Assembly: GCA_030390025.1 (NCBI GenBank)
Contig: CM059438.1
Coordinates: 59,646,001-59,710,000, forward strand
Origin: Squalus acanthias
Taxonomy: Eukaryota
DNA length: 64,000 nt
Reading direction: 5' to 3'
Below are positions 33,901 through 51,900 of this stretch, piece after piece. Position 1 is the first letter of the stretch, and each line of letters opens with the position of its first letter. The notes beneath the pieces were generated by a model. The model was not told the DNA's origin. It made no database searches and saw only the letters and a program-made list of their open reading frames with translations. The position numbers were made by a program, and so were the translations under genes.

Positions 33901-36900
33901 ATATTAATCACACACTGACAGGAATATTAATCACACACTGACTGGAATATTAATCACACACTGACTGGAATATTAATCACACACTGACAGGAATATTAAT
34001 CACACACTGACTGGAATATTAATCACACACTGACTGGAATATTAATCACACACTGACTGGAATATTAATCACACACTGACTGGAATATTAATCACACACT
34101 GACTGGAATATTAATCACACACTGACTGGAATATTAATCACACTGACTGGAATATTAATCACACACTGACTGGAATATTAATCACACACTGACTGGAATA
34201 TTAATCACACACTGACTGGAATATTAATCACACACTGACTGGAATATTAATCACACACTGACTGGAATATTAATCACACACTGACTGGAATATTAATCAC
34301 ACACTGACTGGAATATTAATCACACACTGACAGGAATATTAATCACACACTGACTGGAATATTAATCACACACTGACTGGAATATTAATCACACACTGAC
34401 AGGAATATTAATCACACACTGACTGGAATATTAATCACACACTGACTGGAATATTAATCACACACTGACAGGAATATTAATCACACACTGACTGGAATAT
34501 TAATCACACACTGACTGGAATATTAATCACACACTGACTGGAATATTAATCACACACTGACTGGAATATTAATCACACTGGAATATTAATCACACACTGA
34601 CTGGAATATTAATCACACACTGACTGGAATATTAATCACACACTGACTGGAATATTAATCACACACTGACTGGAATATTAATCACACACTGACTGGAATA
34701 TTAATCACACACTGACTGGAATATTAATCACACACTGACTGGAATATTAATCACACACTGACTGGAATATTAATCACACACTGACTGGAATATTAATCAC
34801 ACACTGACTGGAATATTAATCACACACTGACTGGAATATTAATCACACACTGACTGGAATATTAATCACACACTGACTGGAATATTAATCACACACTGAC
34901 TGGAATATTAATCACACACTGACTGGAATATTAATCACACACTGACTGGAATATTAATCACACACTGACTGGAATATTAATCACACACTGACTGGAATAT
35001 TAATCACACACTGACTGGAATATTAATCACACACTGACAGGAATATTAATCACACACTGACTGGAATATTAATCACACACTGACTGGAATATTAATCACA
35101 CACTGACTGGAATATTAATCACACACTGACTGGAATATTAATCACACACTGACTGGAATATTAATCACACTGACTGGAATATTAATCACACACTGACAGG
35201 AATATTAATCACACACTGACTGGAATATTAATCACACACTGACTGGAATATTAATCACACACTGACTGGAATATTAATCACACACTGACAGGAATATTAA
35301 TCACACACTGACAGGAATATTAATCACACACTGACTGGAATATTAATCACACACTGACTGGAATATTAATCACACACTGACAGGAATATTAATCACACAC
35401 TGACTGGAATATTAATCACACACTGACTGGAATATTAATCACACACTGACAGGAATATTAATCACACACTGACAGGAATATTAATCACACACTGACAGGA
35501 ATATTAATCACACACTGACTGGAATATTAATCACACACTGACTGGAATATTAATCACACACTGACAGGAATATTAATCACACACTGACTGGAATATTAAT
35601 CACACACTGACTGGAATATTAATCACACACTGACTGGAATATTAATCACACACTGACTGGAATATTAATCACACACTGACTGGAATATTAATCACACACT
35701 GACAGGAATATTAATCACACACTGACTGGAATATTAATCACACACTGACTGGAATATTAATCACACACTGACAGGAATATTAATCACACACTGACTGAAT
35801 ATTAATCACACTGACTGGAATATTAATCACACACTGACTGGAATATTAATCACACACTGACTGGAATATTAATCACACACTGACTGGAATATTAATCACA
35901 CACTGACTGGAATATTAATCACACACTGACTGGAATATTAATCACACACTGACTGGAATATTAATCACACACTGACTGGAATATTAATCACACACTGACT
36001 GGAATATTATCACACTGAATATTAATCACACACTGACAGGAATATTAATCACACACTGACTGGAATATTAATCACACACTGACGGAATATTAATCACACA
36101 CTGACTGGAATATTAATCACACACTGACTGGAATATTAATCACACACTGACTGGAATATTAATCACACACTGACTGGAATATTAATCACACACTGACTGG
36201 AATATTAATCACACACTGACTGGAATATTAATCACACACTGACTGGAATATTAATCACACACTGACTGGAATATTAATCACACACTGACAGGAATATTAA
36301 TCACACACTGACTGGAATATTAATCACACACTGACTGGAATATTAATCACACACTGACTGGAATATTAATCACACACTGACTGGAATATTAATCACACAC
36401 TGACTGGAATATTAATCACACACTGACTGGAATATTAATCACACACTGACAGGAATATTAATCACACACTGACTGGAATATTAATCACACACTGACTGGA
36501 ATATTAATCACACACTGACTGGAATATTAATCACACACTGACAGGAATATTAATCACACACTGACTGGAATATTAATCACACACTGACTGGAATATTAAT
36601 CACACACTGACTGGAATATTAATCACACACTGACTGGAATATTAATCACACACTGACTGGAATATTAATCACACTGGAATATTAATCACACACTGACTGG
36701 AATATTAATCACACACTGACTGGAATATTAATCACACACTGACTGGAATATTAATCACACACTGACTGGAATATTAATCACACACTGACTGGAATATTAA
36801 TCACACACTGACTGGAATATTAATCACACACTGACTGGAATATTAATCACACACTGACTGGAATATTAATCACACACTGACTGGAATATTAATCACACAC

Positions 36901-39900
36901 TGACTGGAATATTAATCACACACTGACTGGAATATTAATCACACACTGACTGGAATATTAATCACACACTGACTGGAATATTAATCACACACTGACTGGA
37001 ATATTAATCACACACTGACTGGAATATTAATCACACACTGACTGGAATATTAATCACACACTGACTGGAATATTAATCACACACTGACTGGAATATTAAT
37101 CACACACTGACTGGAATATTAATCACACACTGACTGGAATATTAATCACACACTGACAGGAATATTAATCACACACTGACTGGAATATTAATCACACACT
37201 GACTGGAATATTAATCACACACTGACTGGAATATTAATCACACACTGACAGGAATATTAATCACACACTGACTGGAATATTAATCACACACTGACTGGAA
37301 TATTAATCACACACTGACTGGAATATTAATCACACACTGACTGGAATATTAATCACACACTGACAGGAATATTAATCACACACTGACTGGAATATTAATC
37401 ACACACTGACTGGAATATTAATCACACACTGACTGGAATATTAATCACACACTGACTGGAATATTAATCACACACTGACTGGAATATTAATCACACACTG
37501 ACTGGAATATTAATCACACACTGACTGGAATATTAATCACACACTGACTGGAATATTAATCACACACTGACTGGAATATTAATCACACACTGACTGGAAT
37601 ATTAATCACACACTGACTGGAATATTAATCACACACTGACTGGAATATTAATCACACACTGACTGGAATATTAATCACACACTGACTGGAATATTAATCA
37701 CACACTGACTGGAATATTAATCACACACTGACTGGAATATTAATCACACACTGACTGGAATATTAATCACACACTGACAGGAATATTAATCACACACTGA
37801 CTGGAATATTAATCACACACTGACTGGAATATTAATCACACACTGACTGGAATATTAATCACACACTGACTGGAATATTAATCACACACTGACAGGAATA
37901 TTAATCACACACTGACTGGAATATTAATCACACACTGACTGGAATATTAATCACACACTGACTGGAATATTAATCACACACTGACTGGAATATTAATCAC
38001 ACACTGACAGGAATATTAATCACACACTGACTGGAATATTAATCACACACTGACTGGAATATTAATCACACACTGACTGGAATATTAATCACACACTGAC
38101 TGGAATATTAATCACACACTGACTGGAATATTAATCACACACTGACTGGAATATTAATCACACACTGACTGGAATATTAATCACACTGACTGGAATATTA
38201 ATCACACACTGACAGGAATATTAATCACACACTGACTGGAATATTAATCACACACTGACTGGAATATTAATCACACACTGACTGGAATATTAATCACACT
38301 GACTGGAATATTAATCACACACTGACTGGAATATTAATCACACACTGACTGGAATATTAATCACACACTGACTGGAATATTAATCACACACTGACTGGAA
38401 TATTAATCACACACTGACAGGAATATTAATCACACACTGACTGGAATATTAATCACACACTGACAGGAATATTAATCACACACTGACTGGAATATTAATC
38501 ACACACTGACTGGAATATTAATCACACACTGACTGGAATATTAATCACACACTGACTGGAATATTAATCACACACTGACAGGAATATTAATCACACACTG
38601 ACAGGAATATTAATCACACACTGACTGGAATATTAATCACACACTGACTGGAATATTAATCACACACTGACAGGAATATTAATCACACACTGACAGGAAT
38701 ATTAATCACACACTGACTGGAATATTAATCACACACTGACTGGAATATTAATCACACACTGACTGGAATATTAATCACACACTGACTGGAATATTAATCA
38801 CACACTGACTGGAATATTAATCACACACTGACTGGAATATTAATCACACACTGACTGGAATATTAATCACACACTGACTGGAATATTAATCACACACTGA
38901 CTGGAATATTAATCACACACTGACTGGAATATTAATCACACACTGACAGGAATATTAATCACACACTGACTGGAATATTAATCACACACTGACTGGAATA
39001 TTAATCACACACTGACTGGAATATTAATCACACACTGACTGGAATATTAATCACACACTGACTGGAATATTAATCACACACTGACTGGAATATTAATCAC
39101 ACACTGACTGGAATATTAATCACACACTGACTGGAATATTAATCACACACTGACTGGAATATTAATCACACACTGACTGGAATATTAATCACACACTGAC
39201 TGGAATATTAATCACACACTGACAGGAATATTAATCACACACTGACTGGAATATTAATCACACACTGACTGGAATATTAATCACACACTGACTGGAATAT
39301 TAATCACACACTGACAGGAATATTAATCACACTGAATATTAATCACACACTGACTGGAATATTAATCACACACTGACTGGAATATTAATCACACACTGAC
39401 TGGAATATTAATCACACACTGACTGGAATATTAATCACACACTGACTGGAATATTAATCACACACTGACTGGAATATTAATCACACACTGACTGGAATAT
39501 TAATCACACACTGACTGGAATATTAATCACACACTGACTGGAATATTAATCACACACTGACTGGAATATTAATCACACACTGACTGGAATATTAATCACA
39601 CACTGACTGGAATATTAATCACACACTGACTGGAATATTAATCACACACTGACTGGAATATTAATCACACACTGACTGGAATATTAATCACACACTGACT
39701 GGAATATTAATCACACACTGACTGGAATATTAATCACACACTGACAGGAATATTAATCACACACTGACTGGAATATTAATCACACACTGACTGGAATATT
39801 AATCACACACTGACTGGAATATTAATCACACACTGACTGGAATATTAATCACACACTGACTGGAATATTAATCACACACTGACAGGAATATTAATCACAC

Positions 39901-42900
39901 ACTGACTGGAATATTAATCACACACTGACTGGAATATTAATCACACACTGACAGGAATATTAATCACACACTGACAGGAATATTAATCACACACTGACTG
40001 GAATATTAATCACACACTGACTGGAATATTAATCACACACTGACTGGAATATTAATCACACACTGACAGGAATATTAATCACACACTGACAGGAATATTA
40101 ATCACACACTGACTGGAATATTAATCACACACTGACTGGAATATTAATCACACACTGACTGGAATATTAATCACACACTGACTGGAATATTAATCACACA
40201 CTGACTGGAATATTAATCACACACTGACTGGAATATTAATCACACACTGACAGGAATATTAATCACACACTGACAGGAATATTAATCACACACTGACAGG
40301 AATATTAATCACACACTGACAGGAATATTAATCACACACTGACTGGAATATTAATCACACACTGACTGGAATATTAATCACACACTGACTGGAATATTAA
40401 TCACACACTGACTGGAATATTAATCACACACTGACTGGAATATTAATCACACACTGACTGGAATATTAATCACACACTGACTGGAATATTAATCACACAC
40501 TGACTGGAATATTAATCACACACTGACTGGAATATTAATCACACACTGACTGGAATATTAATCACACACTGACTGGAATATTAATCACACACTGACAGGA
40601 ATATTAATCACACACTGACTGGAATATTAATCACACACTGACTGGAATATTAATCACACACTGACTGGAATATTAATCACACACTGACTGGAATATTAAT
40701 CACACACTGACTGGAATATTAATCACACACTGACTGGAATATTAATCACACACTGACTGGAATATTAATCACACACTGACTGGAATATTAATCACACACT
40801 GACAGGAATATTAATCACACACTGACTGGAATATTAATCACACACTGACTGGAATATTAATCACACACTGACTGGAATATTAATCACACACTGACTGGAA
40901 TATTAATCACACACTGACTGGAATATTAATCACACACTGACTGGAATATTAATCACACACTGACTGGAATATTAATCACACACTGACAGGAATATTAATC
41001 ACACACTGACTGGAATATTAATCACACACTGACTGGAATATTAATCACACACTGACTGGAATATTAATCACACACTGACTGGAATATTAATCACACTGAC
41101 TGGAATATTAATCACACACTGACTGGAATATTAATCACACACTGACTGGAATATTAATCACACACTGACTGGAATATTAATCACACACTGACTGGAATAT
41201 TAATCACACACTGACTGGAATATTAATCACACACTGACTGGAATATTAATCACACACTGACTGGAATATTAATCACACACTGACTGGAATATTAATCACA
41301 CACTGACTGGAATATTAATCACACACTGACTGGAATATTAATCACACACTGACTGGAATATTAATCACACACTGACTGGAATATTAATCACACACTGACA
41401 GGAATATTAATCACACACTGACAGGAATATTAATCACACACTGACTGGAATATTAATCACACACTGACTGGAATATTAATCACACTGACTGGAATATTAA
41501 TCACACACTGACTGGAATATTAATCACACACTGACTGGAATATTAATCACACACTGACTGGAATATTAATCACACACTGACTGGAATATTAATCACACAC
41601 TGACAGGAATATTAATCACACACTGACTGGAATATTAATCACACACTGACTGGAATATTAATCACACACTGACAGGAATATTAATCACACACTGACTGGA
41701 ATATTAATCACACACTGACAGGAATATTAATCACACACTGACTGGAATATTAATCACACACTGACTGGAATATTAATCACACACTGACTGGAATATTAAT
41801 CACACACTGACTGGAATATTAATCACACACTGACTGGAATATTAATCACACACTGACTGGAATATTAATCACACACTGACAGGAATATTAATCACACACT
41901 GACTGGAATATTAATCACACACTGACTGGAATATTAATCACACACTGACAGGAATATTAATCACACACTGACTGGAATATTAATCACACACTGACTGGAA
42001 TATTAATCACACACTGACTGGAATATTAATCACACACTGACTGGAATATTAATCACACACTGACTGGAATATTAATCACACACTGACAGGAATATTAATC
42101 ACACACTGACTGGAATATTAATCACACACTGACTGGAATATTAATCACACACTGACTGGAATATTAATCACACACTGACTGGAATATTAATCACACACTG
42201 ACTGGAATATTAATCACACACTGACTGGAATATTAATCACACACTGACTGGAATATTAATCACACACTGACTGGAATATTAATCACACACTGACTGGAAT
42301 ATTAATCACACACTGACAGGAATATTAATCACACACTGACTGGAATATTAATCACACACTGACTGGAATATTAATCACACACTGACTGGAATATTAATCA
42401 CACACTGACTGGAATATTAATCACACACTGACTGGAATATTAATCACACACTGACTGGAATATTAATCACACACTGACTGGAATATTAATCACACACTGA
42501 CTGGAATATTAATCACACACTGACTGGAATATTAATCACACACTGACTGGAATATTAATCACACACTGACTGGAATATTAATCACACACTGACTGGAATA
42601 TTAATCACACTGACTGGAATATTAATCACACACTGACTGGAATATTAATCACACACTGACTGGAATATTAATCACACACTGACTGGAATATTAATCACAC
42701 ACTGACTGGAATATTAATCACACACTGACTGGAATATTAATCACACACTGACAGGAATATTAATCACACACTGACTGGAATATTAATCACACACTGACTG
42801 GAATATTAATCACACACTGACTGGAATATTAATCACACACTGACTGGAATATTAATCACACACTGACTGGAATATTAATCACACACTGACAGGAATATTA

Positions 42901-45900
42901 ATCACACACTGACTGGAATATTAATCACACACTGACTGGAATATTAATCACACACTGACTGGAATATTAATCACACACTGACTGGAATATTAATCACACA
43001 CTGACTGGAATATTAATCACACACTGACTGGAATATTAATCACACACTGACTGGAATATTAATCACACACTGACTGGAATATTAATCACACACTGACTGG
43101 AATATTAATCACACACTGACAGGAATATTAATCACACACTGACTGGAATATTAATCACACACTGACTGGAATATTAATCACACACTGACTGGAATATTAA
43201 TCACACACTGACTGGAATATTAATCACACACTGACTGGAATATTAATCACACACTGACTGGAATATTAATCACACACTGACTGGAATATTAATCACACAC
43301 TGACTGGAATATTAATCACACACTGACAGGAATATTAATCACACACTGACTGGAATATTAATCACACACTGACTGGAATATTAATCACACACTGACTGGA
43401 ATATTAATCACACACTGACTGGAATATTAATCACACACTGACTGGAATATTAATCACACACTGACTGGAATATTAATCACACACTGACTGGAATATTAAT
43501 CACACACTGACTGGAATATTAATCACACACTGACTGGAATATTAATCACACACTGACTGGAATATTAATCACACTGGAATATTAATCACACACTGACTGG
43601 AATATTAATCACACACTGACTGGAATATTAATCACACACTGACTGGAATATTAATCACACACTGACTGGAATATTAATCACACACTGACTGGAATATTAA
43701 TCACACACTGACAGGAATATTAATCACACACTGACTGGAATATTAATCACACACTGACTGGAATATTAATCACACACTGACTGGAATATTAATCACACAC
43801 TGACTGGAATATTAATCACACTGACTGGAATATTAATCACACACTGACAGGAATATTAATCACACACTGACTGGAATATTAATCACACACTGACAGGAAT
43901 ATTAATCACACACTGACTGGAATATTAATCACACACTGACTGGAATATTAATCACACACTGACTGGAATATTAATCACACTGACTGGAATATTAATCACA
44001 CACTGACTGGAATATTAATCACACACTGACTGGAATATTAATCACACACTGACAGGAATATTAATCACACACTGACTGGAATATTAATCACACACTGACT
44101 GGAATATTAATCACACACTGACAGGAATATTAATCACACACTGACTGGAATATTAATCACACACTGACTGGAATATTAATCACACTGGAATATAATCACA
44201 CACTGACTGGAATATTAATCACACACTGACTGGAATATTAATCACACACTGACTGGAATATTAATCACACACTGACTGGAATATTAATCACACACTGACT
44301 GGAATATTAATCACACACTGACTGGAATATTAATCACACACTGACTGGAATATTAATCACACACTGACAGGAATATTAATCACACACTGACAGGAATATT
44401 AATCACACACTGACTGGAATATTAATCACACACTGACTGGAATATTAATCACACACTGACTGGAATATTAATCACACACTGACTGGAATATTAATCACAC
44501 ACTGACAGGAATATTAATCACACACTGACTGGAATATTAATCACACACTGACAGGAATATTAATCACACACTGACAGGAATATTAATCACACACTGACTG
44601 GAATATTAATCACACACTGACTGGAATATTAATCACACACTGACAGGAATATTAATCACACACTGACTGGAATATTAATCACACACTGACAGGAATATTA
44701 ATCACACACTGACTGGAATATTAATCACACACTGACTGGAATATTAATCACACACTGACTGGAATATTAATCACACACTGACAGGAATATTAATCACACA
44801 CTGACTGGAATATTAATCACACACTGACTGGAATATTAATCACACACTGACAGGAATATTAATCACACACTGACTGGAATATTAATCACACACTGACTGG
44901 AATATTAATCACACACTGACTGGAATATTAATCACACACTGACTGGAATATTAATCACACACTGACTGGAATATTAATCACACACTGACTGGAATATTAA
45001 TCACACACTGACTGGAATATTAATCACACACTGACAGGAATATTAATCACACACTGACTGGAATATTAATCACACACTGACTGGAATATTAATCACACAC
45101 TGACTGGAATATTAATCACACACTGACTGGAATATTAATCACACACTGACAGGAATATTAATCACACACTGACAGGAATATTAATCACACACTGACTGGA
45201 ATATTAATCACACACTGACTGGAATATTAATCACACACTGACTGGAATATTAATCACACACTGACTGGAATATTAATCACACACTGACTGGAATATTAAT
45301 CACACACTGACAGGAATATTAATCACACACTGACAGGAATATTAATCACACACTGACTGGAATATTAATCACACACTGACAGGAATATTAATCACACACT
45401 GACAGGAATATTAATCACACACTGACTGGAATATTAATCACACACTGACTGGAATATTAATCACACACTGACTGGAATATTAATCACACACTGACTGGAA
45501 TATTAATCACACACTGACTGGAATATTAATCACACACTGACTGGAATATTAATCACACACTGACTGGAATATTAATCACACACTGACTGGAATATTAATC
45601 ACACACTGACTGGAATATTAATCACACACTGACTGGAATATTAATCACACACTGACTGGAATATTAATCACACACTGACTGGAATATTAATCACACACTG
45701 ACTGGAATATTAATCACACACTGACTGGAATATTAATCACACACTGACAGGAATATTAATCACACACTGACTGGAATATTAATCACACTGGAATATTAAT
45801 CACACACTGACTGGAATATTAATCACACACTGACTGGAATATTAATCACACACTGACTGGAATATTAATCACACACTGACTGGAATATTAATCACACACT

Positions 45901-48900
45901 GACTGGAATATTAATCACACACTGACTGGAATATTAATCACACACTGACTGGAATATTAATCACACACTGACTGGAATATTAATCACACACTGACTGGAA
46001 TATTAATCACACACTGACTGGAATATTAATCACACACTGACTGGAATATTAATCACACACTGACTGGAATATTAATCACACACTGACTGGAATATTAATC
46101 ACACACTGACTGGAATATTAATCACACACTGACTGGAATATTAATCACACACTGACAGGAATATTAATCACACACTGACAGGAATATTAATCACACACTG
46201 ACTGGAATATTAATCACACACTGACAGGAATATTAATCACACACTGACTGGAATATTAATCACACACTGACTGGAATATTAATCACACACTGACTGGAAT
46301 ATTAATCACACACTGACTGGAATATTAATCACACACTGACTGGAATATTAATCACACTGACTGGAATATTAATCACACACTGACAGGAATATTAATCACA
46401 CACTGACTGGAATATTAATCACACACTGACAGGAATATTAATCACACACTGACTGGAATATTAATCACACACTGACTGGAATATTAATCACACACTGGAA
46501 TATTAATCACACACTGACTGGAATATTAATCACACACTGACTGGAATATTAATCACACACTGACTGGAATATTAATCACACACTGACTGGAATATTAATC
46601 ACACACTGACAGGAATATTAATCACACACTGACAGGAATATTAATCACACACTGACTGGAATATTAATCACACACTGACAGGAATATTAATCACACACTG
46701 ACAGGAATATTAATCACACACTGACTGGAATATTAATCACACACTGACTGGAATATTAATCACACACTGACTGGAATATTAATCACACACTGACAGGAAT
46801 ATTAATCACACACTGACTGGAATATTAATCACACACTGACTGGAATATTAATCACACACTGACTGGAATATTAATCACACACTGACTGGAATATTAATCA
46901 CACACTGACTGGAATATTAATCACACACTGACTGGAATATTAATCACACACTGACTGGAATATTAATCACACACTGACTGGAATATTAATCACACACTGA
47001 CAGGAATATTAATCACACACTGACTGGAATATTAATCACACACTGACAGGAATATTAATCACACACTGACTGGAATATTAATCACACACTGACTGGAATA
47101 TTAATCACACACTGACTGGAATATTAATCACACACTGACTGGAATATTAATCACACACTGACTGGAATATTAATCACACACTGACTGGAATATTAATCAC
47201 ACACTGACTGGAATATTAATCACACACTGACTGGAATATTAATCACACACTGACTGGAATATTAATCACACACTGACAGGAATATTAATCACACACTGAC
47301 TGGAATATTAATCACACACTGACAGGAATATTAATCACACACTGACAGGAATATTAATCACACACTGACTGGAATATTAATCACACACTGACTGGAATAT
47401 TAATCACACACTGACTGGAATATTAATCACACACTGACTGGAATATTAATCACACACTGACTGGAATATTAATCACACACTGACTGGAATATTAATCACA
47501 CACTGACAGGAATATTAATCACACACTGACAGGAATATTAATCACACACTGACTGGAATATTAATCACACACTGACAGGAATATTAATCACACACTGACT
47601 GGAATATTAATCACACACTGACTGGAATATTAATCACACACTGACTGGAATATTAATCACACACTGACAGGAATATTAATCACACACTGACTGGAATATT
47701 AATCACACACTGACAGGAATATTAATCACACACTGACTGGAATATTAATCACACACTGACTGGAATATTAATCACACTGGAATATTAATCACACACTGAC
47801 TGGAATATTAATCACACACTGACTGGAATATTAATCACACACTGACTGGAATATTAATCACACTGACTGGAATATTAATCACACACTGACTGGAATATTA
47901 ATCACACACTGACTGGAATATTAATCACACACTGGAATATTAATCACACTGGAATATTAATCACACACTGACTGGAATATTAATCACACACTGACAGGAA
48001 TATTAATCACACACTGACTGGAATATTAATCACACTGACTGGAATATTAATCACACACTGACTGGAATATTAATCACACACTGACTGGAATATTAATCAC
48101 ACACTGACAGGAATATTAATCACACACTGACAGGAATATTAATCACACACTGACTGGAATATTAATCACACACTGACTGGAATATTAATCACACACTGAC
48201 TGGAATATTAATCACACACTGACTGGAATATTAATCACACACTGACAGGAATATTAATCACACACTGACTGGAATATTAATCACACACTGACAGGAATAT
48301 TAATCACACACTGACTGGAATATTAATCACACACTGACTGGAATATTAATCACACACTGACTGGAATATTAATCACACTGGAATATTAATCACACACTGA
48401 CAGGAATATTAATCACACACTGACTGGAATATTAATCACACACTGACAGGAATATTAATCACACACTGACTGGAATATTAATCACACACTGACTGGAATA
48501 TTAATCACACACTGACTGGAATATTAATCACACACTGACTGAATATTAATCACACACTGACAGGAATATTAATCACACACTGACTGGAATATTAATCACA
48601 CACTGACTGGAATATTAATCACACACTGACTGGAATATTAATCACACACTGACTGGAATATTAATCACACACTGACTGGAATATTAATCACACACTGACT
48701 GGAATATTAATCACACACTGACTGGAATATTAATCACACACTGACTGGAATATTAATCACACACTGACTGGAATATTAATCACACACTGACTGGAATATT
48801 AATCACACACTGACAGGAATATTAATCACACACTGACTGGAATATTAATCACACACTGACAGGAATATTAATCACACTGGAATATTAATCACACACTGAC

Positions 48901-51900
48901 AGGAATATTAATCACACTGGAATATTAATCACACACTGACTGGAATATTAATCACACACTGACTGGAATATTAATCACACTGACTGGAATATTAATCACA
49001 CACTGACTGGAATATTAATCACACACTGACTGGAATATTAATCACACACTGACTGGAATATTAATCACACACTGACAGGAATATTAATCACACACTGACA
49101 GGAATATTAATCACACACTGACAGGAATATTAATCACACACTGACAGGAATATTAATCACACACTGACTGGAATATTAATCACACACTGACTGGAATATT
49201 AATCACACACTGACTGGAATATTAATCACACACTGACTGGAATATTAATCACACACTGACTGGAATATTAATCACACACTGGAATATTAATCACACACTG
49301 ACTGGAATATTAATCACACACTGACTGGAATATTAATCACACACTGACTGGAATATTAATCACACACTGACAGGAATATTAATCACACTGGAATATTAAT
49401 CACACACTGACAGGAATATTAATCACACACTGACAGGAATATTAATCACACTGACTGGAATATTAATCACACACTGACAGGAATATTAATCACACTGGAA
49501 TATTAATCACACACTGACTGGAATATTAATCACACACTGACTGGAATATTAATCACACTGACTGGAATATTAATCACACACTGACTGGAATATTAATCAC
49601 ACACTGACTGGAATATTAATCACACACTGACTGGAATATTAATCACACACTGACAGGAATATTAATCACACACTGACAGGAATATTAATCACACACTGAC
49701 AGGAATATTAATCACACACTGACTGGAATATTAATCACACACTGACTGGAATATTAATCACACACTGACTGGAATATTAATCACACACTGACTGGAATAT
49801 TAATCACACACTGACTGGAATATTAATCACACACTGACTGGAATATTAATCACACACTGACTGGAATATTAATCACACACTGACAGGAATATTAATCACA
49901 CACTGACTGGAATATTAATCACACACTGACTGGAATATTAATCACACACTGACTGGAATATTAATCACACACTGACTGGAATATTAATCACACACTGACA
50001 GGAATATTAATCACACACTGACAGGAATATTAATCACACACTGACAGGAATATTAATCACACACTGACAGGAATATTAATCACACACTGACTGGAATATT
50101 AATCACACACTGACTGGAATATTAATCACACACTGACAGGAATATTAATCACACACTGACTGGAATATTAATCACACACTGACTGGAATATTAATCACAC
50201 ACTGACTGGAATATTAATCACACACTGACTGGAATATTAATCACACACTGACAGGAATATTAATCACACACTGACAGGAATATTAATCACACACTGACTG
50301 GAATATTAATCACACACTGACTGGAATATTAATCACACACTGACTGGAATATTAATCACACACTGACAGGAATATTAATCACACACTGACTGGAATATTA
50401 ATCACACTGGAATATTAATCACACACTGACTGGAATATTAATCACACACTGACTGGAATATTAATCACACACTGACTGGAATATTAATCACACACTGACT
50501 GGAATATTAATCACACTGACTGAATATTAATCACACACTGACTGGAATATTAATCACACACTGACTGGAATATTAATCACACACTGACTGGAATATTAAT
50601 CACACACTGACTGGAATATTAATCACACACTGACTGGAATATTAATCACACACTGACAGGAATATTAATCACACACTGACTGGAATATTAATCACACACT
50701 GACAGGAATATTAATCACACACTGACAGGAATATTAATCACACACTGACTGGAATATTAATCACACACTGACTGGAATATTAATCACACACTGACTGGAA
50801 TATTAATCACACACTGACTGGAATATTAATCACACACTGACTGGAATATTAATCACACTGGAATATTAATCACACACTGACTGGAATATTAATCACACAC
50901 TGACTGGAATATTAATCACACACTGACTGGAATATTAATCACACACTGACTGGAATATTAATCACACACTGACTGGAATATTAATCACACTGACTGGAAT
51001 ATTAATCACACACTGACTGGAATATTAATCACACACTGACTGGAATATTAATCACACACTGACTGGAATATTAATCACACTGGAATATTAATCACACACT
51101 GACTGGAATATTAATCACACACTGACTGGAATATTAATCACACACTGACAGGAATATTAATCACACACTGACTGGAATATTAATCACACACTGACAGGAA
51201 TATTAATCACACACTGACTGGAATATTAATCACACACTGACTGGAATATTAATCACACACTGACTGGAATATTAATCACACACTGACTGGAATATTAATC
51301 ACACACTGACAGGAATATTAATCACACACTGACTGGAATATTAATCACACACTGACAGGAATATTAATCACACACTGACTGGAATATTAATCACACACTG
51401 ACTGGAATATTAATCACACACTGACAGGAATATTAATCACACACTGACTGGAATATTAATCACACACTGACAGGAATATTAATCACACACTGACTGGAAT
51501 ATTAATCACACACTGACTGGAATATTAATCACACACTGACTGGAATATTAATCACACACTGACAGGAATATTAATCACACTGACAGGAATATTAATCACA
51601 CACTGACAGGAATATTAATCACACACTGACTGGAATATTAATCACACACTGACAGGAATATTAATCACACACTGACTGGAATATTAATCACACACTGACT
51701 GGAATATTAATCACACACTGACAGGAATATTAATCACACACTGACAGGAATATTAATCACACACTGACTGGAATATTAATCACACACTGACAGGAATATT
51801 AATCACACACTGACTGGAATATTAATCACACACTGACTGGAATATTAATCACACACTGACAGGAATATTAATCACACACTGACTGGAATATTAATCACAC